From Strigamia acuminata (taxonomy: Eukaryota): a stretch of 64,000 bases of DNA. The notes beneath the pieces are model-generated. The model saw only the letters and a list, made by a program, of their open reading frames with translations, was not told the origin of the DNA and searched no databases. A program made the position numbers and the translations under genes. Within the stretch, counting starts at the first letter, position 1; each line of letters starts with the position of its first letter. Below, one piece after another: positions 58,762 to 64,000 of the stretch. Location: assembly GCA_949358305.1 (NCBI GenBank), contig OX442314.1, positions 29,636,001 to 29,700,000 on the forward strand, read 5' to 3'.

Positions 58762-60395
58762 AATTTCCTCCATTGCGTCGCCGAGCAGATGAGCACGTAA
58801 GTGCAGCAGCTTTTGTTCCTCGTCGAGCGTCGCGTCGTCCGCGACCTGTACGCAAAAAGTCTTCCAGAAACCCCCCCAGTCCTCGGGTCGTTTCCCGTCG
58901 AACCTCGGAATTTCCAGCGGTTTTCTTCTTACATTTTGGTGGATCACGGGCGGCGGAGTGGCTCGAGCGGTGGCGGTCACAGCGGCGGTCACGGCTGCGA
59001 CGAGCGCGTCGTGGTCAATCGGCGTGGGTGCGGGCAGCGGAGCGTCGACTACAGGTGGAACAGGCGGGTAATTTATTCGAATGTACCTGTCTATCGTTGC
59101 CTTTGTAGCGGCTGCTCTGTCTTCTGTCGCATCCATATCGCCCATTGTTTCATCGATCTCGTGTTCCGACTTGGCTTGTTCCAAACAGACTTCAAACGAT
59201 TTTTGTGCTCTGAGTAATTTTTGGTTGAGTTGTTGCGACCAAAGGGCGAGTTCGTCCTTCGACAATAGGGCTGCGTTGTTGACTCCCGTGGTGATAGTGG
59301 TCATCAGGGCGTTGGCAGCAGCAATGGCCGTCGTGAGCGCTCGCCTCTTTATCTCGTACACGCGTACCATATTTGTGATTCAGCGTGTGATGTGGGGAAT
59401 TACTTAGATGTTTTCCCGGGTTTCGGCACCAAATTTGAAATGCAATAAGGTATTGCGGATAAAATAATTAAATCCCTGAATAACAATGCTTATTTCAAAT
59501 TGAAATGTAATTTTTGTGAGAAATAAAGAAGCATGACTTTTCTACTCAAAAACTTCCTCAAGACTAAACTTTATTCTTTTCAGAACAGTGGTAATTAAAA
59601 ATACAAAGAAACAAATGACAAATACTCAGTGCTACAGGGTAAAGCGCACGGAGTAAAGATGACGCGTTCCAAGGGGGAACGCGAGATAATTGCTAACACC
59701 TTGCAAAGGTGAGTGAATTCTCAGAAAAGCAAAGGAAAAGGTTCAAGTTAAAAAGTAACAACTTCAAATTAAATTAAATACAACTTTGAAGGAATTTAAA
59801 TAAACACAGTCAAAATTAATAACATATCAGAATATCAAATTATTTCAAACAATGAACAAAATATAATAATAACATGTAAAAGCGTGTCGGTTTTCACAAA
59901 TTGTAAACTAAGTAATTTTGGGGTGGATGCGTTTGCACCAAGAACCAGAACTAGATTTAAACTTTGGGCTAGTCCAAACTTTCTGGTGCAAACAAGGTAT
60001 TAGGCTGTAAGAGCAGGGCCCAAAGTGACCACATTGGTTACATTACCATACTGTATTGCTCTTCTTTAAGCCGCATGCTGGTATAGTTTGAGTTTGACTG
60101 GCATGCTTCACTTTATGCTGGCATGCTGGTAAATGCTGGTTAACTGAAATTTCGAAAATATGGTAATCCCATGTACAGCGGCATGCGGCTGAAGTCACTA
60201 ATAAGACCATAGCAGTCACACGACTCCGACTGTCAAGTGAGAATTTGCACGAAGTCTACAGTGGCACTTTCCAATTATTCTTACCTGCCTCTGTCAGAGC
60301 CTAATTGCGGATGTGTTAGATTTGCATAAATTTAGACACGACTTTAGTTATGGAGCAGACTAGTGCTTCTTTTTAGGAATCATTGCGTGAAGTAC

Positions 60396-60573
60396 TAAAC
60401 TCTATTCCAAAAAGTATTACAAATACTCCCATTGGTTGGGAGATTCACAGTTCAGTTGTGTCTTGAATATGATGCTGTTTTCAGATTCCAGTAGACTTGT
60501 GCGAAGATTTTTTAAAGTGTCTCAACCAACCAACCAATGGGAGTATTTGTAATACTTTTTGGAATAGAGTTTA
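60396..60573. repeat. Inverted repeat with ~44-bp perfect arms (MITE-like)
   Basis: TAAACTCTATTCCAAAAAGTATTACAAATACTCCCATTGGTTGG and its reverse complement. Confidence 0.75.
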
Positions 60574-61122
60574 CTTTCGAATCCCGCTCCGAATCTCCGA
60601 ATCTCGAATCTTTACATGTTATAAAAATTTTGAATTTTTTGTCGAACATTGGACAAAAGTTAAAATATTTTCCACTTTTTTATTAAAATAATCAATTAAA
60701 TCTTTCCGAATTCGAACCGAATCCCATCCGAATCTGCTCCATTTCGCATATTTGCCTTTTTACAATGCTTACACCTGTATCACTTTTTGTGACGCTGCAT
60801 CTGCAGCGCCACCTGCTTGTTTTGAATATTAAACACCAGAGATTTACACATCTTCGTAATGGCCGCTCATCATTGAATCCTATAAAAGATTCGAATCTTT
60901 GACACGCAGATTCTGATTGTCGTACCCTCTGGGTACAACACAAGATATTACAACGTGCTTCGGCCAATGCGCATTGGAGACGCGAACTAGTTCACATCGC
61001 ATGTGGTGGACCCCAGGGTGCCGCTGCGCGCAGTTTGGGAACCACTGCGTTAATGCATGCATGTGAACCCGCCTTAAGTTAGGACTTCAAGTCGGGACGG
61101 GTGATTGCCCTTTCTTGACTCT

Positions 61123-61705
61123 TGTGACCTTCAGGCCACCTGGGGTGACCCACGTCACTACCACACACCACCGTGCGGCCCCAAGATCACCCCCTCATTG
61201 GGCAAGGTGATCTAGCCCGGAGGAAGGAGGGAGCTGAGTGGTGTGGGGAGGAGATGCAGACAGATAGAGTGCGGACACCGACCAGGACGGTCGTGTGTTT
61301 AGAGTCTAAGGAGTCGTAGTCATCAAGGGGACAAGACGTGTCCCGGCTGTGTGGACTCTGCATTCCTTCCCATTCACCACAGAGACGCTCAGTACTGTGG
61401 TGGAGTCCATAGTGCAGCCTCCATGAGTGGCCACTGCGGGTCGTAGGTGAGTACGACATGAATGTAATGTTGAACCGACCACGTCACCCATTGGGCTCAC
61501 GCCCAGTGTGTGACGGGTCGGTTGCCGGTGCGGTGTGCCTTCGTGGCACCCCCGCAACGGGTAACGGGATTCCCCATACCCCTAGACAACGTAATAAAGG
61601 CCAACCAACCTATATTCGGGGAGTTTTTGTTATTTACGTGAGTATGTGTCCCACACCAGAGTAATTAGTCCCCTAATTGCCCTGGTGAAGACCATATCAG
61701 TCACA
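61123..61705 (+). repeat. Solo LTR (583 bp)
   Basis: CTCT|TGTGAC...GTCACA|CTCT (6-bp inverted ends, 4-bp TSD), AATAAA near 61593, GC-rich. Confidence 0.8.
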
Positions 61706-62013
61706 CTCTTTAATAAGCATTCTATCCCTGTACTTGAAACAAAATAATTCCCTGCTGAGAAAATTGAACTTCAATGATTATGACTGATGAGGTCAAAAAC
61801 TATCGTTAAAAAAAATTTCAAGCAGAAACTTTTTTGCAGGAGCTGAAAACAAGTTTTAACAAGAAATCAATCACAAGATTAATCGAATTATTTCAGCCAA
61901 TTAACCTCTAGTCTATATATAATATTGACATTTATCTAGCTTTTTTGGAGAGGAGAATTTTCTTTCATTGGAAATGAGTTTCTTAGACAGGAATATAAAT
62001 TAATTTTATAACC

Positions 62014-64000
62014 TGTTGCGTTCCTGGATGTTCCCAAAATTATAATAATAATAATTGCACAGAATATTAATCTAATTCAATGCAAAAGGTCCCGGTATTC
62101 AACCTGTGGAAAGCAGTTGAATGCCGTAAAAGGTCTTCTATCGGGTTTGGCAGTTAAGTTGGTGTCTAGGGGTTTTTTGGCTGTGGTTTTTGTGTCTAGG
62201 GGTTTTTTGGTAGCAAATGCAATAATAACAAGTAATTTAAAAAAGGATAAACAGTTTTATTAACGTTAAAATTAAGGAGTAATATAAATACAAGGGATAA
62301 ATGAATAATTAAATGAATATTGATAAAGTTAAACAAGGAAAGAAGAGAAAGGCGCGAGAACAATGGAATTGTTCGCGCGCGCGGAAACAATAGGTTGAGA
62401 AAATGGCGGCAACGAATCGCCGTGAAAATTGGTGCAAATGCACACAAACGGGCGCGGAATCGTGAGATTTCGCGATGTGATTCGGCTGTGGAGCCAGAAT
62501 CGTGGCCAGCTAAATAGCCAGGCCGGGGTGGAGAATACGAGGTGTGAACCCTCGAGTTGAAACGGGAAATTCTCCGTTGAAAACTCACGAGTCCAACTGG
62601 CGTAGTTCGCACTGTCGAATTCGGTTTTCAGGTCCGTTTCTTCTCGGCAAATTATCGTCGTCGGCAGGTCGAGCGTCGAGGTTTCGTCGGCTTTCGCGCG
62701 TCGTCCCTCGTCAACTCGGCGGCTGGCTGGCGTCGATCTTCAACGTATGTTGATCGAATTACCGTCGTCGGGTGGCTAGCGTCGAGGTTTCGTCGGCTTG
62801 GCGCGCGTCGTCCCTCGTCGGCTTGGCGTGATCCGGGCGTCGGTCTACGATGGTGCGTATACGTTTATCTTCGGGCGGCGGCGGAAACAACGGTTGCTCG
62901 GTCCGTTGCACGTCGACTTCGTCGTCCGGGAAGGAGTCACTTGATGCGTATTGGCATCAAGCAAATCAGTTGAAACTTTGCAATATCTCACGGATCACGG
63001 ACAAAACAGTGTTATTGGGTTGAACAAAGTTGTGTCGGTGTGAACGGTGTGAGGAGGAGGCAAAGAGTGAGTAATAAACGAATTTATTACCCAAACTTTG
63101 GCCGGAAAATCGGCCGAGTGCGCATGCGTGGCATGCACCTGGCACACTTCGTGCCCAGCAACGGTGCAAATTAGGAGCTGGCCATAGCAACCCCCCAATT
63201 TGGCAGTTAGGTTGCCATGGCAGTCCTAACGGCTTCTGTTTAACAGCCGAAAGCACTTGGCAATTGCAAATAAAATGAGTATTTTATTTGCACAAGCAAG
63301 CAAAAAATATGTAATTATTTTAACAAATAATTCATTAAAAACACTAAAATAAATTGATTCCTTAAATTACCAATTTCTACTATTTCTAAATAATTAAAGG
63401 GACTGTAAAACAATTTATTTAACACATTAAATAGATTAAATTATTAATTTCTTATACTCCAAATATTCCAAATAAAAGGAACATTTGAGATCACAACACT
63501 TCCCCCCAATTAAAATCAAACATTTTTAATTTAAAAGGATGGAATATAGTGGGTCCTGATCACAAATTGTTCAAATAATTAAATTATTAACAAATTTGAT
63601 AGTAATAGGATTTACAAATTTGCAAATAGAGGTTAAAACACGGAATAAAATAATTTAGTAGTGAAGAATTAGTTATTTTCTAGGCTAAAACTGAATTTCA
63701 ACTAAAATTATTGGTAGTCACTACAGTAGTGCATTAAATAATTCGAATAACAATTTGATTTTCAAGAAAAAGTTATGCAAACGATTAAATACGTAAAAAA
63801 CAATGATATTAAAAATTTTAACATAAAAAGTTATTTAGTGGCATTGAATCCAATAAATGATGCCGATTGGTAACTCTGGGGCTAAAGGACTCGGCAATCG
63901 AGGTAAGCTCATGTCTGTTGTCTTGTCTCGAAGGTTTTCCCTCTCGAGGACAAGTTCAAACGGACGGCCGGTATACGGCCCAAAAATTAAATCTGTGTTG
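62014..64000 (-). mobile_element. 3' end of a Gypsy-like element: 3' LTR 62014-63498 (~1485 bp), PPT 63499-63508, ORF tail ending 63835
   Basis: Minus strand TGGGGGGAAG|TGTTGTGATCTCAAA...CCAGGAACGCAACA; termini resemble LTR 9373-10332. Confidence 0.7.

Larger units (their letters stand above)
49393..59370 (-). pseudogene. BEL/Pao gag-pol (1753 aa when 59370-58762 is joined to 54045-49393), split in gag by Copia
   Basis: Removing Copia plus one TSD gives in-frame LLGDAMEEI|RTLEINAANY; three Cys/His knuckles, VDGGAQ, KLRIVFDAS, YVDD, FSDAS, GVDFAGP, APWWGGFWER. Confidence 0.92.
48933..59898 (-). mobile_element. BEL/Pao LTR retrotransposon interrupted by a Copia insertion
   Basis: 465-bp LTRs 48933-49397 and 59434-59898 (no differences seen), TSD AATTG, tRNA-Phe PBS TGGTGCCGAAACCCGGGA (59431-59414). 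Confidence 0.95.
48670..60002. mobile_element. MITE with ~58-bp TIRs, split by the BEL/Pao insertion
   Basis: TAATACCTTGTTTGCACCAGAAAGTTTGG... at 48670 is the reverse complement (3 mismatches) of ...CCAAACTTTCTGGTGCAAACAAGGTATTA ending 60002. Confidence 0.75.

Noticed and set aside
61062..61122. Alternative solo-LTR start at TGTGAAC (61062)
   Set aside because: No TSD; the 61123 start gives CTCT TSD and perfect 6-bp inverted ends
1..64000. Uni-strand piRNA cluster (flamenco-like)
   Set aside because: Elements lie on both strands and intact host genes are interspersed; needs small-RNA data

Overview
AT-rich eukaryotic (invertebrate-like, ~60-70 nt introns) genomic window. It holds a tandem cluster of five intact six-exon DEG/ENaC (pickpocket/ASIC-like) channel genes (10.5-27.9 kb), all with the usual pre-TM1 'HG' motif replaced by 'LG' and sharing a conserved upstream module, plus an orphan sixth module. 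Young retrotransposons surround the cluster: (1) a minus-strand Ty3/Gypsy element with a -1 gag-pol frameshift and an unannotated, apparently spliced extra ORF downstream of pol that runs off the left edge; (2) a full-length Micropia/mdg3-like Gypsy element; (3) a complete DIRS1-type tyrosine-recombinase retrotransposon (ITRs + ICR) with three ~61-62 nt GT-AG introns, one of which switches between Gag and Gag-RT reading frames; (4) a BEL/Pao element with a nested intact Copia element, itself inside a MITE; (5) the 3' LTR end of another Gypsy-like element at the right edge. Solo LTRs and many MITEs fill the rest. All calls are by manual reading and translation; no database searches were run.
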